From a virus (lineage: Duplodnaviria > Caudoviricetes): a stretch of 41,811 nucleotides of DNA. The stretch lies in IMG/VR virus record IMGVR_UViG_3300037882_001702, positions 1 through 41,811 of that record. The stretch is one strand, 5' to 3'. Shown here in pieces: positions 7,993 through 16,668 of this stretch. Below the pieces are notes generated by a model that did no database searches, was not told the DNA's origin, and saw only the letters and a program-made list of their open reading frames with translations. A program made the position numbers and the translations under genes. Position 1 is the stretch's first letter, and every line of letters begins with the position of its first letter.

Positions 7993-8734
7993 GCCAGTAT
8001 TAAAAATAGACTGGGCAACACACCAAGCGGCAAATTATGCGGTTAAAAATTGGCATTATTCTAATGTTTTACCTGTCCCCCCATTAGTTAAAATAGGCGT
8101 ATGGGAAAATGAAATATTTATTGGAGTTGTTATATTTAGCAGGGGAGCCACTCAAAACTTATTAAAGCCATTTGGATTATTGCAAACAGAAGGTTGTGAG
8201 TTAACCAGGGTTGCTCTTACAACGCATAAAACACCCGTTTCTAGGATTATTAAATTAGCGATAATGTTTCTAATAAAAAAAAGTCCCAGCTTAAGATTAA
8301 TAGTTTCATTTGCAGACCCGTCACAAAATCATTACGGCGGAATATATCAAGCGGGTAACTGGATATATTCAGGACAATCAAATAAATCAAATGTTTATTT
8401 GGCTCCAGATGGTAAAGAATGGCATAGTAGAATGATCTCCTCATCAGGAATGACAAAAGTACAAGGAATTTATAGAAAAGTATGGAAGCCAAACGAATGT
8501 ATTGCAATAGAAAAACCAGGAAAACATCGTTATCTTATGCCTTTAGATGATGACATGAAAAAACAGATTTTAAAATTATCAAAAGATTATCCAAAGCGTA
8601 CAAAAAATCAGGCGCTTGAGTACCCCTCAAGTCTGGGCGGTGAGATTCCGACCTGTGCGCTCCAACTTTCCAAAGAGTTTTTCGGACACATAAAAGGAAA
8701 TATCGCATGTCACGCGGCGGAAGACCAAGATTAG
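7976..8734 (+). CDS. mom: Mom-family (GNAT-like) DNA adenine modification protein
   Basis: WHYS...IGVVIF...CELTRVAL...LIVSFADPSQNHYGGIYQAGNWIYSG...KHRY...YPK motifs of Mu Mom homologues. Confidence 0.82.
   Translation: MSSTNKPVLKIDWATHQAANYAVKNWHYSNVLPVPPLVKIGVWENEIFIGVVIFSRGATQNLLKPFGLLQTEGCELTRVALTTHKTPVSRIIKLAIMFLIKKSPSLRLIVSFADPSQNHYGGIYQAGNWIYSGQSNKSNVYLAPDGKEWHSRMISSSGMTKVQGIYRKVWKPNECIAIEKPGKHRYLMPLDDDMKKQILKLSKDYPKRTKNQALEYPSSLGGEIPTCALQLSKEFFGHIKGNIACHAAEDQD
8596..8664 (+). ncRNA. D-armless tRNA-Gly-like element inside the mom 3' extension
   Basis: 7-bp acceptor stem GCGTACA/TGTGCGC plus T-CCA; anticodon arm with T-ACC; T-arm GGCGG-TGAGATT-CCG(A)CC. Confidence 0.72.
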
Positions 8735-9057
8735 AGCCAACCGATGATGAGCGGAAAATGGTCGAGTCAATGAGCGGCTATGGGGTTCCATTCTCGCATA
8801 TTGCAGCGCTTATTCGGGGCGGCATTGACGAGGAAACACTAAACAAGCACTTTAAAAAAGAGCTTGTGCAAGGCAAGGCGAAAGCTAATTCAAAAGTAGG
8901 TCAAACCCTATTTCAAAAAGCTACCGGCGGCGATACGTCAGCAATGATTTGGTGGTCTAAAACACAAATGGGGTGGAAGGAGACCAGCATTACCGAGCAT
9001 CACGGCAAAGATGGCGAGTCATTAAATCCGGTCAATATCATAGTCAATGGCGTTTGA
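8707..9057 (+). CDS. Terminase small subunit
   Basis: GGRP...HFKKEL..GKAKAN...LFQKA..GD..AMIWW.K...W; directly upstream of TerL. Confidence 0.8.
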   Translation: MSRGGRPRLEPTDDERKMVESMSGYGVPFSHIAALIRGGIDEETLNKHFKKELVQGKAKANSKVGQTLFQKATGGDTSAMIWWSKTQMGWKETSITEHHGKDGESLNPVNIIVNGV

Positions 9058-10291
9058 TGCCGCAACGATCGATATACCAAAAAAGCTTATTCCTGTATTT
9101 ACTCCGCAAAGGGGGCAAGTAAGGTACAGAGCCGCATACGGCGGGCGCGGATCAGGCAAAAGTTTTAATTTTGCGCTGATGGCTGCGGTCATGGGCTACA
9201 AAGAGCCGCTAAGAATATTATGCACACGCGACCTTCAAAGTTCAATCCGCGAGTCATTTCACGAAGAAGTAAAAAGCGCTATAATGTCAATTGCCTGGCT
9301 TAATGCTAATTATGATGTCGGAGAGTCTTACATCACCGGGAAAAATGGCACTGAATTTATCTTTAAAGGCTTACGGCACAATATCAGCGCAATAAAGTCG
9401 ATGGCACAAATAGACATATGTATTGTAGAAGAAGCCGAGGACGTGCCTGAGTTTAGCTGGCGTGACTTAATCCCAACAATCCGCGCACCAAAGTCAGAAA
9501 TCTGGGTGATGTGGAACCCCCGCACAGATAGAAGCCCGGTAGACACCCGCTTTAGAAAGCATATCGATAACGATATGGTCGTTACAGCATGCCAATTCAC
9601 AGATAACCCATTTTTCCCTGAAGTTTTAGAAAAAGAGCGCCAGCGCGATCAACGAAATTATGATCCGGCTGTTTATGCGCATATTTGGGAAGGCGAATAT
9701 CTTACAATTAGCGATGCACAAGTGCTTAATGGCAAGATAAAAATAGCAGAGTTTGAGCCAGAAATGTATTGGTCAGGGCCTTATTTTGGCGCTGATTGGG
9801 GCTTTAGTACAGACCCTACAACACTGGTAAAACTTTGGATACATGATAATATCTTGTACTTAGAATATGAGGCGTATGGAGTAGGCGTTGAGATCGATCA
9901 CACCCCCGATATGTTTATGCGCGTTCCTGGAGCAAAAGAGCATATAATAAGAGCCGATAATGCACGCCCTGAAACTATTAGCTATATGCGCAGGAAAGGG
10001 TTTAATATTCGTGGAGCTGTTAAAGGAAAAGGCAGCGTCGAAGATGGCGTCATGCACTTGCGTGGATATGACAAGATCGTTATCCATCCACGATGTAGCC
10101 ACGCAATAAGTGAAAGCCGGTTATGGTCATATAAGCAAGACCGGCTAAGCGGCGATGTCCTGCCTGTTCTAATTGACGCTAATAACCATATTTGGGACGC
10201 TGCCAGGTATGCTTTAGAGCCGATAATGCACAGCGGAAGTGCAAAACATAATATAATTACACCACAGCCAACAATTTCAAGCGCCTGGTAA
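9047..10291 (+). CDS. Terminase large subunit, PBSX family
   Basis: YGGRGSGKS, IVEEA, GADWGFSTDP, NNHIWDAARYA. Confidence 0.95.
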   Translation: MAFDAATIDIPKKLIPVFTPQRGQVRYRAAYGGRGSGKSFNFALMAAVMGYKEPLRILCTRDLQSSIRESFHEEVKSAIMSIAWLNANYDVGESYITGKNGTEFIFKGLRHNISAIKSMAQIDICIVEEAEDVPEFSWRDLIPTIRAPKSEIWVMWNPRTDRSPVDTRFRKHIDNDMVVTACQFTDNPFFPEVLEKERQRDQRNYDPAVYAHIWEGEYLTISDAQVLNGKIKIAEFEPEMYWSGPYFGADWGFSTDPTTLVKLWIHDNILYLEYEAYGVGVEIDHTPDMFMRVPGAKEHIIRADNARPETISYMRRKGFNIRGAVKGKGSVEDGVMHLRGYDKIVIHPRCSHAISESRLWSYKQDRLSGDVLPVLIDANNHIWDAARYALEPIMHSGSAKHNIITPQPTISSAW

Positions 10292-10295
10292 CGAC

Positions 10296-11783
10296 ATGAA
10301 CCCAAAATCACAAACGATCAACCCGATGTTACAGCGCGAATTAAGCGCGCATCATCCCAGCACAAGCATAAGCGCAATACTCAGCATTTTAGAACAGGCA
10401 GAGCAGGGCGATCTTGTCTCACAAGCCGAATTGTTTACCGATATGGAAGAAAGGGACGCGCATATCTATGCTGAAATCACAAAGCGCAAAATGGCTGTGG
10501 CACAACTTGATGTTGAACTAAAAGCGCCACGCGATGCCGGAGCGCGCGAGAAAAAGGATATTGCAGCGCTTAAAGATCGTATAGACGATAATATCGATAT
10601 TGAGACAATGGTGTTTAATATCGCTGACGCAATCGGGCACGGATTCTCAGCGCTTGAGATTGAATGGGCGCGTGATGACTCAGGGTTTTGGATGCCAAAA
10701 GCACTAAAAGCAAGGCCGCAACGTTGGTTTACGGTCGATATTGCAACGCGTCAGCAACTACGCTTGCGTGATAATAGCCTGGAAGGAGCGGAACTGTTAA
10801 AGCATGGATGGATAATCCACGAACACGCCAGCAAGACCGGCTATATCGCCACACAAGGGCTATACCGGGCATTAGCCTTGCCCTATCTTTTTAAAAATTT
10901 TGCAACTAAAAACTGGTTGCGGTTTTGCGAGTTGTACGCTGTGCCCATTCGGGTATTGTTTCATCACGAAACCGATGTAGCAAAAAAATATGAGCTTTTG
11001 GCCGCATTACAAGCGATGGGGCAGAGTGGTGTTGCTCTACTTGAAGGCGGGACACAGGACGATTTAAAAACAGAAAGCTTAACCAATGGCGAAGGCGCTG
11101 GCTTTCAAGCGCTGATAGAGTGGTGTGAGCGATCAGTATCAAAAGCGATCCTTGGCGGAACGCTTACCAGTTCTACCGGCAACAATGGAAACTACGCAAC
11201 AGCCAGCGTGCATGATGCCGTGCGCTATCAGATACGTGATCATGACGCTAAACAAATAGCCGAAACATTAACGAGACACCTTTTAGGCGCAATCGTAGCG
11301 GTCAACGGCTTAACGATTAGACCTATCTGGTGTTTCGACACACAAGAGCCTGAAGACATGGCGCTCTATGCCGACGCGATCCCAAAGCTTGTCGCAGTAG
11401 GGGCAAAGATACCCGTGGCCTATTTGCATGATAAGCTTAAGCTTCCGATGCCGGAGAAAGACGAAGAAATCTTGGCTGTGTCGCAACCACCACAACCAGA
11501 CACGCAACAAAAAGAAGCAATGGCGGCATTATTGGCCGCCCCCCAACGCTTTACAAAAGAGCAGCAGATAATCGAGGATTTAGGGGATAGCCTGCTTAAT
11601 GCTCTCAAAAGTCCTATATCGCAAGAGGCTATTGCATCGGCTATACGCGGCGCAAAAGACCCGCAAGACCTCGAAGAAAGACTGGCCACTGTGCTTAAGA
11701 CTGAAGACACTAGCGAGTTTAGTCGTGTGCTTGCTAACTGCCTATTTGCCGCTGATATATTAGGGTACGCTCATGCTGGATAA
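10296..11783 (+). CDS. Portal protein, Mu gp29/DUF935-like
   Basis: LFTDMEERDAHI, DAIGHGFSALEIEW, SKAILGGTLTS. Confidence 0.9.
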   Translation: MNPKSQTINPMLQRELSAHHPSTSISAILSILEQAEQGDLVSQAELFTDMEERDAHIYAEITKRKMAVAQLDVELKAPRDAGAREKKDIAALKDRIDDNIDIETMVFNIADAIGHGFSALEIEWARDDSGFWMPKALKARPQRWFTVDIATRQQLRLRDNSLEGAELLKHGWIIHEHASKTGYIATQGLYRALALPYLFKNFATKNWLRFCELYAVPIRVLFHHETDVAKKYELLAALQAMGQSGVALLEGGTQDDLKTESLTNGEGAGFQALIEWCERSVSKAILGGTLTSSTGNNGNYATASVHDAVRYQIRDHDAKQIAETLTRHLLGAIVAVNGLTIRPIWCFDTQEPEDMALYADAIPKLVAVGAKIPVAYLHDKLKLPMPEKDEEILAVSQPPQPDTQQKEAMAALLAAPQRFTKEQQIIEDLGDSLLNALKSPISQEAIASAIRGAKDPQDLEERLATVLKTEDTSEFSRVLANCLFAADILGYAHAG

Positions 11784-11997
11784 AATACTTGCGTGGCTAT
11801 GCGGAGATGATCCAACAGACAAGATATTAAATGACATAAACAAGCTTGTTGATGCGGCATACATTGAAGGTGCCAGACGTGAACGGGAAGAAATACTCGA
11901 TATTCTTGACCGGCTTATCCCTCAATATGTTGCAGTTAATAATTCTGTGGCACGGCAGGCGCGAGAAGAAATAGCGTCCAGGGGGAAGCATGTCTGA
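11773..11997 (+). CDS. Hypothetical protein
   Basis: Overlaps the portal stop; same strand. Confidence 0.55.
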   Translation: MLDKILAWLCGDDPTDKILNDINKLVDAAYIEGARREREEILDILDRLIPQYVAVNNSVARQAREEIASRGKHV

Positions 11998-12145
11998 AAA
12001 AACATTATTAGAACGGCTAAAAGAGACCGCCGAATGGCAAGAGGGAAACGAGCAAGGTGGCGGAGCGGCTATAATATTATTTGAAGCGATTGATGAAATA
12101 GAAAGGCTCTATACATTAATCAAAGAAAGCTCTGAAAATGGCTAA
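11990..12145 (+). CDS. Hypothetical protein, 51 aa; absent from the ORF track
   Basis: MSEKTLLERLKE...EAIDEIERL; overlaps both neighbours. Confidence 0.6.
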   Translation: MSEKTLLERLKETAEWQEGNEQGGGAAIILFEAIDEIERLYTLIKESSENG

Positions 12146-13016
12146 TCCCTTATCAATTGGCTTTAACGTACCATTTCATCAGGCCATAAAAGCTGCCACG
12201 GATAGGGGTGTCGAACTGCCAGACGCCTACTACTCGCACGAGCAAGGGATAAAAAGACAACTGGCATTCAGCATTGCCGGGATTGCAAGCGTCGATCAAT
12301 TGCAAATGGTTAGAGACTCACTCGCAATAAAGCTGGTTGACGGTTCTACTTTTGCAGAATGGAAAAAAGATATACTCGAAAATGGCAAGCTAAACTTGCC
12401 AGCTCACCGCCTTGAGAATATCTACCGAACAAACTTACAAGGTAATTACAACCGTGGGCGCTGGCAGCGCTTCCAGTCAGTAAAATCCGATATGCCATAC
12501 CTCATGTATGACGCGATAGATGATAGTCGTGTACGTCCAACCCATCTAGCGATGGACGGCATTATCAGGCCAATCGATGATAAATTTTGGGATACCCATT
12601 ACCCCCCAAACGGATACCAATGCAGATGCCGGTGTATAGCTCTGAATGATCGGCAAGCCGCCGCGCGTTCAAATGGCGATAATGGTTTAAATAAACCGGT
12701 TAATACCGATGATATGCAGCCAGATAAAGGCTGGGACTATAACCCTGGGGAAGATATAACAGAAGGCATTGAACAATCCATAGAAAGACGCAAAGATTCT
12801 GGTATGCCCGCGTTATTTGATATTATGCGATCAAAATTAAAACAGCAATCATTAGCTAATAATGCTATGACAAAAGCAGCTGAAATTATTGGGAATATAG
12901 AAACAGCCTCTATTTTAGAGCTTGAAGGTTATCTAATAACCCTTAAAAAAATGACACAAACGTGGTTTGTTTTGGAAGAAATTGCACGTATTGAGGAATT
13001 AATTGCCAATGATTGA
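12138..13016 (+). CDS. Head morphogenesis protein, Mu gpF-like
   Basis: RLENIYRTN...YDAIDDSRVRPTH...PPNGYQCRC...GWDYNPG. Confidence 0.92.
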   Translation: MANPLSIGFNVPFHQAIKAATDRGVELPDAYYSHEQGIKRQLAFSIAGIASVDQLQMVRDSLAIKLVDGSTFAEWKKDILENGKLNLPAHRLENIYRTNLQGNYNRGRWQRFQSVKSDMPYLMYDAIDDSRVRPTHLAMDGIIRPIDDKFWDTHYPPNGYQCRCRCIALNDRQAAARSNGDNGLNKPVNTDDMQPDKGWDYNPGEDITEGIEQSIERRKDSGMPALFDIMRSKLKQQSLANNAMTKAAEIIGNIETASILELEGYLITLKKMTQTWFVLEEIARIEELIAND

Positions 13017-13506
13017 AATAAATATAGACACAAGGCATTTAGATCAGACGTTATCCAGGCTTAGCCATGCCGTAGCAGATATGACACCAGCCATGACAGC
13101 CATTGGCGAGAAGGTAGCAAGTTTAATTGACAATACTTTTGTTAATCAAGCTACACCATACGGAAACTCGTGGGCAGAGTTAAGTGATGTTACAAAGGCA
13201 AAAAGAAGGAAAGGCCCCCGGCCAGGTAACGACAAAATACTGAATGACAGCGGGATTTTAAAAAACTCAATTGTGCCTAACCCAAGCCGCACGCAAGTCG
13301 AAATAGGCACCAATGAGAAATACGGCAAGACCCATCAGTTCGGTGCATCTCAAGGGCAATACGGAAGAACACGGCGTAACACGCCAATCCCGTGGGGCAA
13401 TGTCCCCGCGCGACCATTTATGCCAACTGAAGCAGGCGGCTTACCCAATAGCTGGGAACAGGACATTACTGATATTATAACGCGGCATATAAACAGTGCG
13501 TTTTGA
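13009..13506 (+). CDS. Virion morphogenesis protein, Mu gpG-like
   Basis: ILNDSGILKNSI...IGTN..Y...HQFG...VPARPFM. Confidence 0.88.
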   Translation: MIEINIDTRHLDQTLSRLSHAVADMTPAMTAIGEKVASLIDNTFVNQATPYGNSWAELSDVTKAKRRKGPRPGNDKILNDSGILKNSIVPNPSRTQVEIGTNEKYGKTHQFGASQGQYGRTRRNTPIPWGNVPARPFMPTEAGGLPNSWEQDITDIITRHINSAF

Positions 13507-13511
13507 TCCAG

Positions 13512-13557
13512 ATATGAACTCGTTCATCTTCCAATTCCATACGTTTAGATGTAGAAT
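13512..13557 (+). promoter_or_regulatory. Putative Mor/C-activated late promoter, copy 1
   Basis: ATATGAACTCGTTCATCTTCCA (dyad ATGAA-N4-TTCAT) with TAGAAT at 13552; near-identical copy at 16618. Confidence 0.7.
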
Positions 13558-13593
13558 TAAACCTGAAATTTTTTAACTACAACTCATCAGAAA

Positions 13594-13658
13594 ATTTTAT
13601 GAACACTACTAGCCAAATTTAAAACAATTTTATGAAACTACTAGCAAAATTTAAAACC
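13594..13658. repeat. Imperfect 33/32-bp tandem duplication spanning a start codon
   Basis: ATTTTATGAACACTACTAGCCAAATTTAAAACA followed by ATTTTATGAAACTACTAGCAAAATTTAAAACC. Confidence 0.85.
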
Positions 13659-14135
13659 ATTTTATTATTGCTTATCGTATCGCAATTAACTTTTGCCGCT
13701 GCATTGACCGATTTTGCTGAGAACAAGGTGCTTGATGCTACTGTCAGAGCACAGGCAATCGGGACTCCGGCAACATGGTATGTTGCACTGTACACGGCGT
13801 GCCCGACAGATTCGACCGCCGGGACAGAAGTAACGGGCGGCTCTTATGCGCGTGTTGCGGTCACTGCTGGCTTGACGCAATGGGCAGGAAGTCAGTCAGC
13901 AACGAGCACCACCGCAAGTTCAGGATCAGGCGGTACTACATCAAATAATGCCGCAATAACTTTCCCAGCACCCACAGCGAATTGGGGCGTAGTCACTTGC
14001 TGGGCGCTTACCGATGCTTCGACATCCGGTAATATTTGGATTTATTCAGCATTGACGGCTAATAAAACCATCAACAACGGAGACGCGGCGCCTAGTTTTG
14101 CTATTTCAGCGGCTACATTCCAGATCGACAATTAG
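13632..14135 (+). CDS. Small beta-rich virion/fibre subunit with a signal-peptide-like N-terminus
   Basis: LTDFAENKVLD...YVALYTA...GTEVTGGSYARV...ITFP...WG...GN pattern common in phage structural proteins. Confidence 0.7.
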   Translation: MKLLAKFKTILLLLIVSQLTFAAALTDFAENKVLDATVRAQAIGTPATWYVALYTACPTDSTAGTEVTGGSYARVAVTAGLTQWAGSQSATSTTASSGSGGTTSNNAAITFPAPTANWGVVTCWALTDASTSGNIWIYSALTANKTINNGDAAPSFAISAATFQIDN

Positions 14136-14137
14136 TC

Positions 14138-14521
14138 ATGGCCTGGACAGAACGATTAACTATCGCAGCGCAACAAAGAACAGCGGGAGCTTTTAATAGC
14201 CAGGCAAGGAATGTTCCCGCTATTGTTGATGAGCTGCGTTTTGACTTTGCTTTCCCAAACCAGCTTCCAAATATAGCTTCTGGAAATCTACGCGTACAAT
14301 TCAGTTTGGATAACGGACAAACGTGGTCAGTTGATAATCTATTTAACTGGGAGATAGACGACAAGATAGGGACTGTTGATAAGAATGGTAATACTGTTAC
14401 AGAAAATCCACTTGTTTCTTTTCAAATCCCAGTACCAGAAGTAGCAAAATCTGCCAGGATGCGCTTTAGAATAACTCTTTTAACAGATCAGTTTATCGGC
14501 TTAACTGTTTACTCGCAATAG
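14138..14521 (+). CDS. Hypothetical beta-rich protein
   Basis: Tightly packed in the cassette; VQFSLDNGQTW. Confidence 0.65.
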   Translation: MAWTERLTIAAQQRTAGAFNSQARNVPAIVDELRFDFAFPNQLPNIASGNLRVQFSLDNGQTWSVDNLFNWEIDDKIGTVDKNGNTVTENPLVSFQIPVPEVAKSARMRFRITLLTDQFIGLTVYSQ

Positions 14522-14529
14522 TAAGCAAA

Positions 14530-16329
14530 ATGGCGATCACGTATGCAACTAATTTTACAACTGTAAATAATAATACAAGTATCGCTAGTGGTTCACTATC
14601 TGTTGCAATTAATGATGTTGTTTTAGTTTTAGCCGCTTCAGAAGATAATGCTAATACGGGAACACTGACTGTATCAAAAAGCGCTGGGACATCTACAGTC
14701 AGCGCTTTTACTAATATAGCAACAACTAATACCAACAACGAGTGTAAAGTAGCTGGATGGTTTTGCACTGTCACCGCGGCAGGTACGCTAACGATTAGTG
14801 TCACCCAAGGCAGCGGCACTAGTATGAACAAAAAGCTTGCAACTATTGTACATACAGGAGCATATACAACTGACCCGTGTCCAGTAGGGAATAGATTTAG
14901 CGGCATTGATACTAATGGCGATACTACTCAAGCAATAACTCCAACAAATGCCAACGGCTCTGCGCTTTGGATGATAGCTGCAGACTGGAACGCAACCAAT
15001 ACATATGCGGCGGCGGCAAATTGTACGTTAGATAGCACAACACATGTCGCTGGGGCTTACTCATCTACAGTAATCCGCCCGACTACACAGCCAAGAACTA
15101 ATGGAAGCGCATTTACTATCGGTGAATCTGATACAGGCGCAAATAACGCTTGGATAGTTTGCGAAATTGCCGCAGCAGCCGGAAGTTCAGGCGCTGTCCT
15201 CGAAGGGGGCGCTTCCGATGTAGCCACCGCCACCGCAAGCTTAACAACTAGCATAAACCTGGCAGAAGCGGCGCAAGCTTTAGCCACTGCCACGGCGGCA
15301 TTGAGTACAGGGATAAGATTATCCGGCAATGCCGTAGCAACTGGAACGGCGACGGGTGATCTTTATACGCCGCCAGCGTCTATGACGGGCGCGGCATTAG
15401 CTGTGTCTAGCGCAAGTGGAACATTATCAACACAAATTCATTTAACCGGGGTAGCAGTTGCTTTCGCAACGTCTACAGCTGCACTAACAACCGGTGCAAA
15501 ATTATCAGGAAATGCGGCAGATGTAGCGAGTGCAACCGGCGGGATAACCACTGGCATTAAATTGGCCGGGACTGCCCAGTCACAAGCAACGGCAACGACC
15601 ACATTAACCGCAATGATTATGCTAAGCGGCGCGGCATTAGCACAAGCGGCAGCAGCGGCAGGATTAACTGCATTAATAAAGCTGGCAGGGGCGGCAGTTG
15701 ATAGCTCAACCGCTACAGGCGATTTAACAGCGCCAGGTGCTCCCTCTAACTTGGCAGCAAATGCACAGTCTCAAGCACAGGCAAGCGCGTCATTAACTAT
15801 ACAGATTAGGCTTTCAGGGAGCGCATTAGCCTCTGCTTTGGCGCAAGCCAGTTTAACTGCAGGAAGTTCTTTAGAAGGCAACGCGGCCGCCAATGCGGCG
15901 GCAACCGGAAACATTGCAACAACAATCAGACTTGCCAGTGCGGCAAGCGCAAGCGCTGCAGCAACCGGAAACATGACAACGGCAATACCATTGCTGGGTA
16001 ATGCGATTGGGCTTGCCGTAGCAGACGGCAATTTAACCAGCGCTATTCAATTGTCCGGCGCTTCAGTAGCGATAGCCAGCGCAACAGGGGACTTGATGCT
16101 AGGCGCTACGTTATCAGGTAGTGCATTGGCGCAAGCGGTGTCAACCGGAAGTTTATTAACTGTTATCCAGCTTGATGCCAATTCATTCGCACAAGCAACC
16201 GCAGCGGCGGCCTTTGTGCTCGAGTACATTATGCCGACAGCAGGGCTGTCATTACAAGACATGACGCCATTATTTACAACGCGGTCGATGACGGCAAAAA
16301 GCAACATTAGGAGCGCTTATGTACATTGA
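14530..16329 (+). CDS. Fibre-like protein: globular N-domain plus about 17 Ala/Thr/Gly-rich 20-aa repeats
   Basis: Repeat L.G.A.A.A.ATG.LT..I. counted from the translation. Confidence 0.75.
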   Translation: MAITYATNFTTVNNNTSIASGSLSVAINDVVLVLAASEDNANTGTLTVSKSAGTSTVSAFTNIATTNTNNECKVAGWFCTVTAAGTLTISVTQGSGTSMNKKLATIVHTGAYTTDPCPVGNRFSGIDTNGDTTQAITPTNANGSALWMIAADWNATNTYAAAANCTLDSTTHVAGAYSSTVIRPTTQPRTNGSAFTIGESDTGANNAWIVCEIAAAAGSSGAVLEGGASDVATATASLTTSINLAEAAQALATATAALSTGIRLSGNAVATGTATGDLYTPPASMTGAALAVSSASGTLSTQIHLTGVAVAFATSTAALTTGAKLSGNAADVASATGGITTGIKLAGTAQSQATATTTLTAMIMLSGAALAQAAAAAGLTALIKLAGAAVDSSTATGDLTAPGAPSNLAANAQSQAQASASLTIQIRLSGSALASALAQASLTAGSSLEGNAAANAAATGNIATTIRLASAASASAAATGNMTTAIPLLGNAIGLAVADGNLTSAIQLSGASVAIASATGDLMLGATLSGSALAQAVSTGSLLTVIQLDANSFAQATAAAAFVLEYIMPTAGLSLQDMTPLFTTRSMTAKSNIRSAYVH

Positions 16330-16618
16330 AGAAACAGTTTATTTAGGCCGTGACAACACAATCGCTCTAAAACTTAGTAGTGATGGTATTACTATCGATC
16401 ACAGCAGCATTACCCGTTGTCAGTTATTAGTTGGTGTAACGTTGATCGATAGTAATGTGGCTCCGTTATGGTTCGACTTAACTCAAGCGGACAGGCTTAT
16501 ATTAAAGCTTGGAGCATCTTCCCTTGTTGTCGGCCGCTATGTCGCAAAGCTGATAATCTTCGATGCCGGGCATAGTAACGGCTTAATGTGGGGCACATTT
16601 TCGCTAGTCGTAAAATAA
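16319..16618 (+). CDS. Small beta-sandwich adaptor-like protein
   Basis: 99 aa; YLGRDNTI.L.L...GRYVAKL; overlaps the upstream gene. Confidence 0.6.
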   Translation: MYIEETVYLGRDNTIALKLSSDGITIDHSSITRCQLLVGVTLIDSNVAPLWFDLTQADRLILKLGASSLVVGRYVAKLIIFDAGHSNGLMWGTFSLVVK

Positions 16619-16662
16619 TATGAAGCGCTTCATCTTCCATTATTCTGCTCTTGCGTTAGCAT
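16618..16662 (+). promoter_or_regulatory. Putative Mor/C-activated late promoter, copy 2, before the protease
   Basis: ATATGAAGCGCTTCATCTTCCA with TAGCAT at 16657; same position as the Mu PI late promoter. Confidence 0.72.
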
Positions 16663-16668
16663 TACGCC

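Noticed and set aside
8596-8664. Canonical translational tRNA gene or attP remnant
   Set aside because: No D-arm, non-TTC T-loop, bulged T-stem, inside a CDS and no integrase nearby; reported as tRNA-like instead.
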